64,000 nt of DNA from Spirochaetia bacterium (GCA_965216965.1 CBDCGX010000050.1:44170-108169), one strand, 5' to 3'. Positions 29,874 to 39,719 are shown, counted from the first letter of the stretch. Notes: generated by a model from the sequence alone, not told the origin. A program made the numbers and translations.

Positions 29874-32795
29874 CTACCTACCACGTGTGTGTCTATGAAT
29901 CTTATTAGGATATATATAAAAAGAATCTCTAAATATATCTAAAATACTCTGCGAAATATACACTCCCTCTGCAATCTGTGCCTCTTCACTATAAAGATTT
30001 TCAATTGCTTTATTATGTTTAAAATTTCCCTCTATAATATTTGCAAGTCCATCTAAAAATAATGTCTTGTAATTTTGAATTATAGAAATATCTTTTTCAC
30101 AAGGAATGTATTGTTGTAATTCTTTATCATCTCTTATGTTTTTACTATTTTCTTTAAGAAAAAACAAACTTATACTTTTCTCACTATCAAAAACATTACT
30201 CTCTTTTGCCATACTTTTTCTTATAAGCATATGATACATCCATAGTTGTGAAAAATGCCTTAGATTCTGTTTTTTATTAGCAGAAAGCTTATAGTCTACA
30301 ATGTAGATATGCTGTGTTTGTTTATGTATTAGCACAAGGTCTGGTATGCCAGTAATAGCACACTCTATTTCTACTCCAAATAAATTGCAAATAGTGTTCT
30401 TTTGTTTTTCTTCAATATTTTTAACATCAAAATCCCCACTAAGAAAAAACTTTCTAATCTCACGTACAATGCTATGAATAGACGTGCTTTGCATGTATTG
30501 TTTTAGCATTTTAATAAAAAGAAAATGGGGTCTATATTTTCTTATATATTGTTGTATTCTTTCTTTATAAAAACCCTCATTGGGTGCTGTATACATTCCA
30601 TATCTAAGCATATTATGCATAATGCTTCCCAACATTTGTCGTCCAACTCCTAATTCGCTATGAAGGGTGTTAAATAAAGGCACTATACCAAACACCTTCT
30701 CAACCATGAAAAACATGGGGTATGTCATTACATACGCTACATCTCCTGCAGAAATAGAATATGTAGCAAGTCTTTTTTTTATAATATCTGCAGAATCTTT
30801 ATTAAGTGAAGCACCATACATGGTCCTATGACTCTTTCTCTTTGTATATTGCTGTGCACGCATTCCGCTGACTTGATCTTTTATAAGCATAAAATGAGGA
30901 TGAATACTGTCGCTGTGCTGAGTTCCTTTTTTCTGAAATATTTGTTTTTTAATACAATCTTCCCAGTACTTTTTTTCTTTAAAGAACTCATTGTACTCCT
31001 TATCATCCTCTACATGGTTTACATCCTTTTCAAAAAACAAAGGGAATTCTCTTTTCCCATTAAAACTACTAGAACTTGTACTGCAATATACATGTAAAGC
31101 ACTTTTTTTTATATGCTCTCTACAGTAATGCATTGTTTCTTTACGCATAGCTACAACTTCATTATCTTGTAAAGCACTATCTCTATATTCGTTTACAATA
31201 ACAGTATGAGAAGACGTCTGTGTAAGAGCTTTTTGTGAAAGTGTTGCAAAAAAATGATGCTTAAAATAGGTGCCTGTTGACTGCGGAAATATAAACACTT
31301 TCACATCTTTTGTTTTACTTTGCACCATTGTTTTCCACTTTTTTGCAATATGACAAATAAGATTCCAAGGAGATTTCAAAGCCATTGGCACTCCTTCTAT
31401 CCCCGACACCCTCTTTCTATAGTTGTCGTATATTACAATTCTATTTATAACATTTTGGATTTGGGCAATTATGCTTTTTGAAGAGTCTTCTAGTTTTTCA
31501 TTATCTAAATATTGTTTTCCAAAAATAATAATGTTCTCTCTCAGTTCCTCTGTTGTTTGTGCTTGGACAATTTTTTTAAGATTCTTATAAAGACCCATAA
31601 AATATTCAAATACTCTTTCATCTGCATCTTTTTCCAGCATCATCTTCCATCTACTCAAGCAAGCATCATCTATACAATTATATTTCATTCCAACATCAAC
31701 TATGCATATATGTACATCTCTATTTTTCCACTGTAATGAAGAATGAAAGAAAAACATACAAAGAACTTCTGGATGCATATTCGTCTCAACACACTCTGAA
31801 ATCATCTGCAATACATTCATTATTTCTTCCCCTTCGCTTTCTTGTATAGAAAAAGGAATATTATATTGAGATGCTAACGAACAAAGCCAGCTCATAACAT
31901 ATACATTATTCTCACAAAGAGTAAGTGCAATAGATGAAGGGGAAACCTTTTTATCATGCAATAATAGTGATATGTGAGAGGCAATGGCATGTAGTTCGGA
32001 AACAGTATTGGGAAATATTTTCTCCTCATATGTTTTAAGATATTGAAATGTTTCTTTACTCTTTTTTATATTGATAGAATCGACATACGATGACAGAATG
32101 TTTTTCTTAATACAATGTGCGTACCACAGCCTTTGAGATGGAGAAAACAAAGGTTCTAATACACAACATGTAAGAATAGGTTTTTCATTTAAAAAAAAGT
32201 CTTTCTTACAACTATTTGCAAATAGAGTTTCAAGAATATGAGTTCCCTCATATAATATAAATGAAAGGACATGGACATCTATGCTTTTGTATCGTAAAAG
32301 AAATTCTGAGTATTTTCTCAAAAGTTCAAAAACACTATGATACAAAGCATCATTTTCCCTCTTATATTTATAAAAAAGCGGGTAATGTGAAAATATATTT
32401 GAGAGTTTTTCCACATATTCAATCGCAAACATGTCTTTTGAAGAATTACTTCCAATTATCATATCGTTAAATATAGCTTTTTCTCTTACATTTTCTACGA
32501 CTTCTACATGTTTTTTTATTTCATCGTTGCACAAAAATGATAAAAGCATACTTGTATGTTCTTCAAACGTAAGATATCTAAGAGGAATATTTATATGTCT
32601 TGATATCTTCTCGCACAACGTTTGTTGTAATTCATACAAAGTAATATACGCATCTATTCTCACACATTCACATTCGCGGGCAAGATGATATGTCCAAAAT
32701 TGCCTTGTGTCTTTTGAAGGGAATAGCACATACCCATCATTTCTATGAGAAGTATTAAAATCTCGCAGTAATGTATTTGTATAATTCATATACAT
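29874..32795 (-). CDS. addB: Helicase/nuclease subunit B-like protein (inactive helicase-like scaffold with a C-terminal PD-(D/E)XK nuclease).
   Basis: 973 aa, immediately upstream of and co-oriented with the AddA-like gene. C-terminal GIPDLVLIHKQTQHIYIVDYK nuclease motif. No Walker A seen. Confidence 0.5.
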   Translation of the reverse strand: MYMNYTNTLLRDFNTSHRNDGYVLFPSKDTRQFWTYHLARECECVRIDAYITLYELQQTLCEKISRHINIPLRYLTFEEHTSMLLSFLCNDEIKKHVEVVENVREKAIFNDMIIGSNSSKDMFAIEYVEKLSNIFSHYPLFYKYKRENDALYHSVFELLRKYSEFLLRYKSIDVHVLSFILYEGTHILETLFANSCKKDFFLNEKPILTCCVLEPLFSPSQRLWYAHCIKKNILSSYVDSINIKKSKETFQYLKTYEEKIFPNTVSELHAIASHISLLLHDKKVSPSSIALTLCENNVYVMSWLCSLASQYNIPFSIQESEGEEIMNVLQMISECVETNMHPEVLCMFFFHSSLQWKNRDVHICIVDVGMKYNCIDDACLSRWKMMLEKDADERVFEYFMGLYKNLKKIVQAQTTEELRENIIIFGKQYLDNEKLEDSSKSIIAQIQNVINRIVIYDNYRKRVSGIEGVPMALKSPWNLICHIAKKWKTMVQSKTKDVKVFIFPQSTGTYFKHHFFATLSQKALTQTSSHTVIVNEYRDSALQDNEVVAMRKETMHYCREHIKKSALHVYCSTSSSSFNGKREFPLFFEKDVNHVEDDKEYNEFFKEKKYWEDCIKKQIFQKKGTQHSDSIHPHFMLIKDQVSGMRAQQYTKRKSHRTMYGASLNKDSADIIKKRLATYSISAGDVAYVMTYPMFFMVEKVFGIVPLFNTLHSELGVGRQMLGSIMHNMLRYGMYTAPNEGFYKERIQQYIRKYRPHFLFIKMLKQYMQSTSIHSIVREIRKFFLSGDFDVKNIEEKQKNTICNLFGVEIECAITGIPDLVLIHKQTQHIYIVDYKLSANKKQNLRHFSQLWMYHMLIRKSMAKESNVFDSEKSISLFFLKENSKNIRDDKELQQYIPCEKDISIIQNYKTLFLDGLANIIEGNFKHNKAIENLYSEEAQIAEGVYISQSILDIFRDSFYIYPNKIHRHTRGR

Positions 32796-32811
32796 TTAAT
32801 ATAATAACACT

Positions 32812-33669
32812 ATGCATGGTTCTTGGAATAAAAATAAAATCCTATCGCTTCTCATAAAAGCATCAAAAAAAGCCCTTTCTTTACAAAAATCGCTTAAAGT
32901 AAAAGAAAAGATTACTAAAGGAAACGTTGATCTATGTACAAACAGTGATATCATCATAGAAGATTTTTTTATAAAAGCACTTCACAACCCCTCAAAAAAT
33001 GTATACGTATTGGGTGAAGAAACAATCGGGAACTATAGAAACACAGATGAAATTCGCAAGGCATTTAATACTAAGGCATATGTAATAGACCCTATAGATG
33101 GGACGCTCAATTACCTCAATCGCCTTCCTAATTGGGCAATAAGTATAGGGTATGTACAAAACAATACAATATGCGAGGGTGCAATTGCACTTCCGGAACT
33201 TCGTGAAATATTTATAAGTAACAAAAATATTGTATACTATAAAAAATTCAACACAGATTTTAATCTTGTAAAAGAAAACGTTCGCATACAAACACCGCTT
33301 TCAATAGTAAAGCATCATAATTATGGTAAATATACTTTATTTGCTGCATCATATGCAAGCCAGGGAAGGATAGCTCGTACGGATAGATCTTTTCACCTAA
33401 ATAGGTCCTGTGTCTATTCAATAGCAAAAACACTTACCTCGGGATATTTTGGCTATGTAGGGCAAGCAAATATATGGGACTTTGCAGGCTGTATAGGGCT
33501 CTTTAAAAACATGGGACTTTCTCCTTTTTATTTTGACCCCAATACACGCACAGCTAAAAAACTTCCCTTTACAATTACAGAAAAATATTGGGATGGTCTT
33601 ACATTTGCAAAACACCCTGTTTTATTTACACCAACTAAAAAGCTTGCAGAAAAACTTATTCCCTCATAA
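32812..33669 (+). CDS. Inositol monophosphatase family protein (SuhB/CysQ-like).
   Basis: VIDPIDGTLNY (motif A) and WDFAGCIGLF (motif C). 285 aa. Confidence 0.7.
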   Translation: MHGSWNKNKILSLLIKASKKALSLQKSLKVKEKITKGNVDLCTNSDIIIEDFFIKALHNPSKNVYVLGEETIGNYRNTDEIRKAFNTKAYVIDPIDGTLNYLNRLPNWAISIGYVQNNTICEGAIALPELREIFISNKNIVYYKKFNTDFNLVKENVRIQTPLSIVKHHNYGKYTLFAASYASQGRIARTDRSFHLNRSCVYSIAKTLTSGYFGYVGQANIWDFAGCIGLFKNMGLSPFYFDPNTRTAKKLPFTITEKYWDGLTFAKHPVLFTPTKKLAEKLIPS

Positions 33670-33674
33670 AGATG

Positions 33675-34493
33675 CTATATAACACATAATAGCATTTCAC
33701 GTATCTTCTTATATGCTCTTCGTAAAGACGTTTCAGAATCAAGCATTAAAACACTTTGACATTTCTTATACTCAGGTATGTGTTGGTAGTTTCCATGCGG
33801 AAGAAGAACGCAAATTACTGGACTATTACTATACAAACATAATGATCGTAGCTCTGCAAGAGAAGCTTTTTCTATAACAGGTTGAGTTAGAGAATTATTT
33901 TTGCATCTTTTTATATAAGGAATATATACACTCGCCTTTGTTCGTTTTATAAACTTATGAATAAGCATTTTATTTCCTCCTATCCCCACAATACACATCA
34001 TAGCTCTTTGTACAACGGGCGGAAGATATTTCCAATATGCCAGAGGTCTACTTCGTATAAGAGAACCAGAAATTGGTATTATATCTCTATGTACATCCAC
34101 AGGAATTAAGCTCGCATTAAGATGCTTTGCGAAAAGTGCACCATACGGCTCTGAGGCAAATACAGCATCTATTTTTTTGTTGAGGATCAAAAGAATTTCT
34201 TTTGCCCATATTTTTGGAGCACGAATATTAGAAATATGTGCCGTTTGTATCTCTTTTGTTATGTGCTTTACTATTACCTTTCCAAAAGGAGCTATGGTTA
34301 CAGAATAATGCTCTTTAATCCACATACATCGGACTATTCCTGATATTCTATCATCTTTCTTTGAACACATGCATACATAAAGATTCTTACACATGCTTCG
34401 TGCTGTGTCTATTAAAAAGCAATGCCCTATATGAAAAGGAAGAAACCTTCCTATAACAAGACCATTAGTATATAAAAACTCATTCTTACTCAC
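33675..34493 (-). CDS. HxGH-type nucleotidyltransferase (cytidylyltransferase, NMNAT or NadD-like) with an uncharacterised C-terminal extension.
   Basis: GRFLPFHIGH (HxGH motif) at the N-terminus and ISGSLIRS (ISxxxIR motif) near residue 150. A further 110 aa or so follow with no recognised motif. Confidence 0.55.
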   Translation of the reverse strand: MSKNEFLYTNGLVIGRFLPFHIGHCFLIDTARSMCKNLYVCMCSKKDDRISGIVRCMWIKEHYSVTIAPFGKVIVKHITKEIQTAHISNIRAPKIWAKEILLILNKKIDAVFASEPYGALFAKHLNASLIPVDVHRDIIPISGSLIRSRPLAYWKYLPPVVQRAMMCIVGIGGNKMLIHKFIKRTKASVYIPYIKRCKNNSLTQPVIEKASLAELRSLCLYSNSPVICVLLPHGNYQHIPEYKKCQSVLMLDSETSLRRAYKKIREMLLCVI

Positions 34494-34497
34494 TGCG

Positions 34498-35232
34498 CTA
34501 AAAAAGCTGATAATCTTTCACGGTATTTATTTTTATATCTACCATAACTTTTGTAGTGTAGGTTGTGCCTCCACTTGATAAAACAACGGGAAGAATACTA
34601 AGTCTCACAATCCCCTTTACTTCTTTTGGTTTATTATTTACGTGGAGTCGCAAACGTGTTCTTACTGCGTCTCTGATTGCATCTTCCATAGATATTATTT
34701 TACTTTGTACCATATCGTTTTTAATAACAGCATATCCTACTCCCATACTGGGAAGTATTTGTACTGTTTCCCACGCCTTCACATATTGTATTTGGTAATC
34801 ATCTAAATTATATCTATACACACCAAAAAGTTTTCCCTCATCTGCCGAAACACTAATTAAGAATAACTTATCATCCTGATTACGTATTGTATCATTTTTT
34901 TCTAATTTCCAAACACCTTCTACCTTTCGCTTTGCATCGCTGGGTGTATATGAAAACGTATACCCATAAATCTGCCCCGAAAGCACTTCTCGAGTCCATG
35001 TATCTATCTGTCTAAAATGCTCTTTACTCACATAACTTTTGAGCATGTCACTATTTGTAGCACGCAACATGTCTGGATTATCAAAAGGGATGCCTCCTTG
35101 TGAAAATTCTGTCCAGCTTTCTACAATTATAACTTTTGATTTATATGAGTCAAGTTTATACGAATAGGCTTGTGCGTTTATAAGAAAAAGAGCTCCGCCT
35201 ACGCTCAATAAAAATAAAAAAAAAGTTTTATA
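34498..35232 (-). CDS. Hypothetical secreted or periplasmic protein.
   Basis: Probable signal peptide MYKTFFLFLLSVGGALFLINAQA. The ORF-track start at 35292 overlaps the rhomboid gene, so the internal start is preferred. Confidence 0.45.
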   Translation of the reverse strand, partial: YKTFFLFLLSVGGALFLINAQAYSYKLDSYKSKVIIVESWTEFSQGGIPFDNPDMLRATNSDMLKSYVSKEHFRQIDTWTREVLSGQIYGYTFSYTPSDAKRKVEGVWKLEKNDTIRNQDDKLFLISVSADEGKLFGVYRYNLDDYQIQYVKAWETVQILPSMGVGYAVIKNDMVQSKIISMEDAIRDAVRTRLRLHVNNKPKEVKGIVRLSILPVVLSSGGTTYTTKVMVDIKINTVKDYQLF

Positions 35233-35242
35233 CATTATTCTT

Positions 35243-35890
35243 TTAATACTTCCTAAATAGTCTTGTGTAAGGATCAATTTTATGTCGTACAATCATATAT
35301 ATCCATGCTATGGCAATTCCACCTAAATGAGTAAGATACGCCACTCCTGATCCTGTCCTTCCACTCAGAGACACAAACTGCAATACAATATAAATTATCA
35401 TTAATACTCTTGCTGTAACAGGGAATATGCCAAATATATATATTCGTGCATGTGGGTACATGCAGCTAAATACAAGCATTACTCCAAATACCGCTCCCGA
35501 AGCTCCCAATAAAAACACACCCCATGCCCCAAACATAGCATAAACAATAAGCGATACTATTCCCGAAACTATTCCAAACAAAAGATACATAAATATAAAT
35601 TCATTGCTTCCCCACATTCGTTCAAGTGGTGATCCAAAGAAATAGAGTCCTAACATATTAAAAAGTATGTGAGAAATTCCTCCATGAGCAAACATATATG
35701 TAATTATCGACCAAACGTATCCTTTCTTAATTACAAGTTGTGCATTAAGAAAGATATATACTTGTATATATGGAAAAAATCGCTGAATAAGAAAAACAAC
35801 ACCAGTAATACATATGAAAATAAATATTGCACTATGCCTGTATGTTTTATATGGTAATGGCGTTTGTATCCATCGTATCAAAGACTTCAC
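35243..35890 (-). CDS. Rhomboid-family intramembrane serine protease.
   Basis: MFAHGGISHILFNMLGLYFFG, catalytic GASGAVFGVM (GxSG) and the TM6 His in YLTHLGGIA. Confidence 0.85.
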   Translation of the reverse strand: MKSLIRWIQTPLPYKTYRHSAIFIFICITGVVFLIQRFFPYIQVYIFLNAQLVIKKGYVWSIITYMFAHGGISHILFNMLGLYFFGSPLERMWGSNEFIFMYLLFGIVSGIVSLIVYAMFGAWGVFLLGASGAVFGVMLVFSCMYPHARIYIFGIFPVTARVLMIIYIVLQFVSLSGRTGSGVAYLTHLGGIAIAWIYMIVRHKIDPYTRLFRKY

Positions 35891-36016
35891 ATTTCACTCC
35901 TTTATGGTTATAATAATGTGGCTTACACTATATATTCTGTTTTGTTATTGTAGCACATACTATGTTTTTTGTGTGTCTACTTATTTAGTATAACAATGCC
36001 ATAATTTTATATTTGT

Positions 36017-36736
36017 TCACAATACAAATAAATACATTATAGTGCCTACAAAAAGAGGAACCATAAGATTATCTACTTCCTCAAGCTCCAAACTTTCTAT
36101 AAGAGCCGATGCTATCCCCACTATGTATGCTGTTCTTATATCAAAAAAAAATACTATTACGAATCCAACAGCAAGACCATTGGCAATGGTACCCGATATT
36201 GTTTTGTTTTTGTTCCAAAAAACCCTCCACTTAGGAATAATTTTCCCTACAATGGTAGAAAATACATCTCCTATTGTTACTGCTATAATTGCTGCAATGG
36301 CAGCAGGCTGTACATAAAGCTCCATTGATAATATTATTCCAAGTATAAGAGTAAGGGGAGCATAAGATATCTTGGTTTGTTCTTGTTTTCTAAGCATACA
36401 TGATTGTATTTTAGAAAGTATGAATATGGGAACTCCTCTCATCCTAAGCGCCTCCACTACATAGTAAAGTATTCCACCAACAACTAAAATCCCTTCTATT
36501 TCCCTATTAGAAAGTACTTTCATAAGAGGTACTACAAGAAAAAAAATAAGATGCAACAACTTCCTTGCAAGCTCTTTTTTTAAATCTTTATCAAAAACAA
36601 GAAAAGACATAATTATGCATAGTATACTACATGACTTTAATAATGCATAGATTATATCTATAATCCACATTCTATACAGCATAGATATATCCGTCTGTAT
36701 AGGGCATGTTAATTCGTAAAAATTGTAATTTACCAA
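36017..36736 (-). CDS. Polytopic membrane protein of the CTP-dependent transferase/kinase superfamily (CdsA or dolichol/phytol-kinase-like).
   Basis: NKNKTISGTIANG resembles the KTxEG motif. IGDVFSTIVGKIIP resembles the GDxxES..KR motif. Lacks the PGHGG motif of true CdsA. Confidence 0.35.
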   Translation of the reverse strand: MVNYNFYELTCPIQTDISMLYRMWIIDIIYALLKSCSILCIIMSFLVFDKDLKKELARKLLHLIFFLVVPLMKVLSNREIEGILVVGGILYYVVEALRMRGVPIFILSKIQSCMLRKQEQTKISYAPLTLILGIILSMELYVQPAAIAAIIAVTIGDVFSTIVGKIIPKWRVFWNKNKTISGTIANGLAVGFVIVFFFDIRTAYIVGIASALIESLELEEVDNLMVPLFVGTIMYLFVL

Positions 36737-37557
36737 ACTTCCTCTGGTAGATCCATTTTCAATCTTCCATATACCATTATCTACTTTGGAGTAAAACTAC
36801 CTATTTTCATAATAAGCTAAGAATAATAAACAGCCGTATTGGTTGTTTTCACTATATTCTTGACAAGTATAGTTAGGCTATATCAAATCGCTACTCCTCA
36901 AAGAAAACAATTGTTATCGACGATGCATGAAAATGTCTCCAAACCATTAGTGCTGACATATCCATAAATATGTCATAACGAGTAAGTACATCGGCTACCG
37001 CTATGCTGTAAAATCTGTCCGTAATGCATAGCAGTATATAGTAATTTTTTACTATATATTACGAGGATATCTTTTAAAAGACTTTTTCTTATTTTGCATA
37101 CCGCTATGTGGAAGCTTCTGTTGCTACGCAAATAATAATGCCTGTATTTTGTGTTTCAACAGTTTTATTTCAATAGAAAATTTAACAGCACGAACACCTA
37201 TCCATGATGTGCTATAGGGAATTGTTCAACCTCTGTCTCTAGTCTCTTACATACGCTGTAATAAGAAAAACCACAAGAAAACTAAGCTCTCTCAACGCTA
37301 ATTTCGTATGTAGAAATATCCTGTTATTATAATTCTTACTGTATAATTTTGTAGTACACATTAATGTGTTCCTTTCATTCTTATGATCCTATTATATTAG
37401 GATCTTATATTACAACTTTTGTAAAAGATTGTACATATAAAAATGTATTATAGTAGTTTTCATACACATCCTCCTAATTTTTTTATTATATATTATTTAT
37501 ATAGCTATAATTCATATATCAAGAGGCAAGGTAAAAAGCCATACTATTTTACTAACA

Positions 37558-38259
37558 CTATAACAAGAGTGTACTTACTTCATCATTGCTATCAGCAAAA
37601 GAAAAATCAATATGTTTGCCTGTTTTCACATCCCATATCTTAATTGTATTATCACTACCACTACTAATAATCTTACTACCATCAGCACTGAAAATAATTG
37701 AACACACTTCGTCGCCATGGTTAGTAGAAGCAGAACTAATATGTTTGCCTGTTTTCACATCCCATATCTTAATTGTGTTATCGCTACTACTGCTCACAAT
37801 CTTACTCCCATCAGGATTAAAGATAACCGCGTTTACCTTATCGACATGGCCAATAAAATCAGATCCAATTTGGGTTCCCGTTTTTATATCCCATATTTTA
37901 ATTAGTGCATCACTACCACCGCTCACAACCTTGCTTCCAGCAAAGTTAAAAGCAACTGTATTAACCCTTCCATCATGGCCAGCAAAGTGTCTGAGTAGAG
38001 TAACCTTTGTATCATTATAGGTATAAAATAACACTTTCCCCGAAGTAGTGCCAACAACAACTATGTCTTCTGTAGGATGATGTGCAACCGAATTATAAGA
38101 ACCATATCCTATTTTCAAAGATGCATGAAAAATCTCAGAAGAAAAAGCAATTGGAGTCGCACCGTATGCCATAAAAAATAAAAAAACTACAGAACCAAAT
38201 AGGACCGTTGCAAGAAAATATATTTTTTTTCTTATGTTAGAAAATAATGATTGTATCAT
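37558..38259 (-). CDS. WD40-repeat protein with an N-terminal membrane anchor or signal.
   Basis: Hydrophobic N-terminus FLATVLFGSVVFLFFMAYGA. About five WD blades, each ending ...GSDNTIKIWDVKTGKH. Two adjacent blades are about 90% identical at nucleotide level (period 129 nt, starting at 37612 and 37741). Confidence 0.75.
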   Translation of the reverse strand: MIQSLFSNIRKKIYFLATVLFGSVVFLFFMAYGATPIAFSSEIFHASLKIGYGSYNSVAHHPTEDIVVVGTTSGKVLFYTYNDTKVTLLRHFAGHDGRVNTVAFNFAGSKVVSGGSDALIKIWDIKTGTQIGSDFIGHVDKVNAVIFNPDGSKIVSSSSDNTIKIWDVKTGKHISSASTNHGDEVCSIIFSADGSKIISSGSDNTIKIWDVKTGKHIDFSFADSNDEVSTLLL

Positions 38260-38499
38260 AAATAGTGTCTCCCTAATAAATTAATTAAACCCATATTATT
38301 CTATAGTAAATGGATCCCAATATGTCAAGAAAGATGTGTGTAGATTTAGATAAATATCTATTAAAAAGTTTTTACAATGTTATGACAAGCATAAAATTCT
38401 AATACAAGCGCTGCTTAACATCACGACCTCACACGTTCTAAACTGAGTTTTATGATATGAGAATATTTTTTAATTTATAGATACCAATTACGAAATTGT

Positions 38500-38739
38500 C
38501 TAACTTACTTCTTTAAGTGTAAGATTTTTCTTTCTAAGATACGTCATAAATCCTATTTTATCTATAGTTCTTAACGCAGCAGCACTCACTTTAACTCTAA
38601 TTGTTTTGCCAAGCTCCTCAACATATAATTTTTTGTTACAAATATTGGATAGCTGCTTCCGCCGTGTTTTGTTGTGAGCATGAGATACATTATTACCAAA
38701 CAATGATTGTTTACCCGTAAATACACATTTTCTTGCCAT
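38500..38739 (-). CDS. rpmB: 50S ribosomal protein L28.
   Basis: MARKCVFTGKQSLFGNNVSHAHNKTRRKQLSN... is the canonical L28 sequence. Confidence 0.9.
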   Translation of the reverse strand: MARKCVFTGKQSLFGNNVSHAHNKTRRKQLSNICNKKLYVEELGKTIRVKVSAAALRTIDKIGFMTYLRKKNLTLKEVS

Positions 38740-38756
38740 ATATTCTCCTTGTTAGG

Positions 38757-38930
38757 TTAGACCTTTCCCGATTCTTTGTATAGCACATGTTTACGCACTA
38801 CAGGATCATATTTTTTAAACTCCATCTTATCGGGAATGTTTTTCTTGTTCTTAGTTGTATAATAACTATGTTTACTTTCTGTACTCTTAAGACGCACTCG
38901 CATTATATTTCCTTTTGATTTTTTAGCCAT
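38757..38930 (-). CDS. rpmG: 50S ribosomal protein L33 (cysteine-free, zinc-independent form).
   Basis: Translation [57 protein letters not shown] (57 aa) is L33-like. Missing from the ORF track because it is under 60 aa. Usual rpmB-rpmG pairing. Confidence 0.75.
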   Translation of the reverse strand: MAKKSKGNIMRVRLKSTESKHSYYTTKNKKNIPDKMEFKKYDPVVRKHVLYKESGKV

Positions 38931-39014
38931 TAGTATCCCCTAAAATTTATAGTAGTATTTTATATTATAGTAATGGTAAGTACACATTTATGTCAAGAAC
39001 GTTAGTACACACTA

Positions 39015-39590
39015 TTACTTTTCAAGCGAAAATCCACAAAGTTGCCTCATGTTTGCTCTTACTTTGTTTACAGCAGGCTGAAAATGCTCTTCCATTTCTT
39101 TGAGTTGTTCTCTTACCGCTTGTGCTAATTTTGCTTGTATAGATTGTTGCTGAGCGGAATCTGCAGAACTATATTGTTTTTGCATCTGTTCAAGCTGTAT
39201 TTGCATTTGTTCTGTAATCTTATTTCGCTCATTTAGATATTGTTCACATATCTGTTTAAACTGCTTCATTAGTTGTTCAACTACAGCAGGATTAGAAGAA
39301 AGTTTCATTGCAATGCTGTTTATTATATTTATTCTTTCTAAAACTGTCGCATCAGACGGAAGTGCAATTTGTCCTATAAGAGTTTCTCCTATACCCTCTT
39401 TAATCCAATCTTGCTCTTCGGAAGGATGTTTTTCTATTTCTCCTTGTATATCTATGGTAGAATCTTCTAAAACATGTGCACACAATAGTCTTCCTTTATC
39501 TTTTATTTCTTTTCGTAAAAGAGAGTGCTTATTGGGTTGAACATCTTGAAAACGTTCCATCGCTTTTTCAAACGCAGATTTTATTTCAGT
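39015..39590 (-). CDS. Hypothetical cytoplasmic protein with a Gln-rich coiled-coil C-terminus.
   Basis: Probable start at MTEIKSAFEKAMERF. No motifs recognised. Confidence 0.4.
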   Translation of the reverse strand, partial: TEIKSAFEKAMERFQDVQPNKHSLLRKEIKDKGRLLCAHVLEDSTIDIQGEIEKHPSEEQDWIKEGIGETLIGQIALPSDATVLERINIINSIAMKLSSNPAVVEQLMKQFKQICEQYLNERNKITEQMQIQLEQMQKQYSSADSAQQQSIQAKLAQAVREQLKEMEEHFQPAVNKVRANMRQLCGFSLEK

Positions 39591-39719
39591 CATACGAATT
39601 ATAGTATAGCATACTTTAAAAAAAATATCACTATAAACTAAATATTTCACAATTAATTAATTCCCAAAAAATATATTTACATATTGACAAAATAACACTA
39701 TTTTACTATATTTATTATC

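Noticed and set aside
26355-32795. Considered the large helicase plus PD-(D/E)XK nuclease pair as a novel defence system (for example Gabija- or Hachiman-like).
   Set aside because: Sizes, gene order, UvrD-type motifs and twin C-terminal nuclease motifs fit the two-subunit AddAB/RexAB recombination enzyme. There is no separate ATPase-Toprim or DUF1837-type partner.
32812-34493. IMPase-family plus cytidylyltransferase as a di-myo-inositol-phosphate-type solute pathway.
   Set aside because: Known inositol-phosphate cytidylyltransferases are of the sugar nucleotidyltransferase fold. This enzyme has HxGH/ISxxxIR (NMNAT or PPAT-like) motifs, so the analogy does not hold on sequence grounds.
36737-37557. 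Looked for tmRNA, RNase P RNA, SRP RNA or 6S RNA in the ORF-free interval.
   Set aside because: None of the conserved strings I know (for example the RNase P GGAAAGUCCGGGC or P4 motifs, the SRP GGUGCUGUUUACCAGG loop, or a tmRNA tag reading frame ending ALAA) are present on either strand. Left as an unassigned non-coding region.
37586-38020. 144-aa plus-strand ORF antisense to the WD40 gene, with repetitive LPVFTSHILIVLSL segments.
   Set aside because: The repetitiveness is the mirror image of the duplicated WD blades on the other strand. No start context. Antisense artefact.
38320-38412. 30-aa ORF (MDPNMSRKMCVDLDKYLLKSFYNVMTSIKF) in the WD40-rpmB spacer.
   Set aside because: No RBS or conservation evidence. 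AT-rich spacers generate such short frames by chance.
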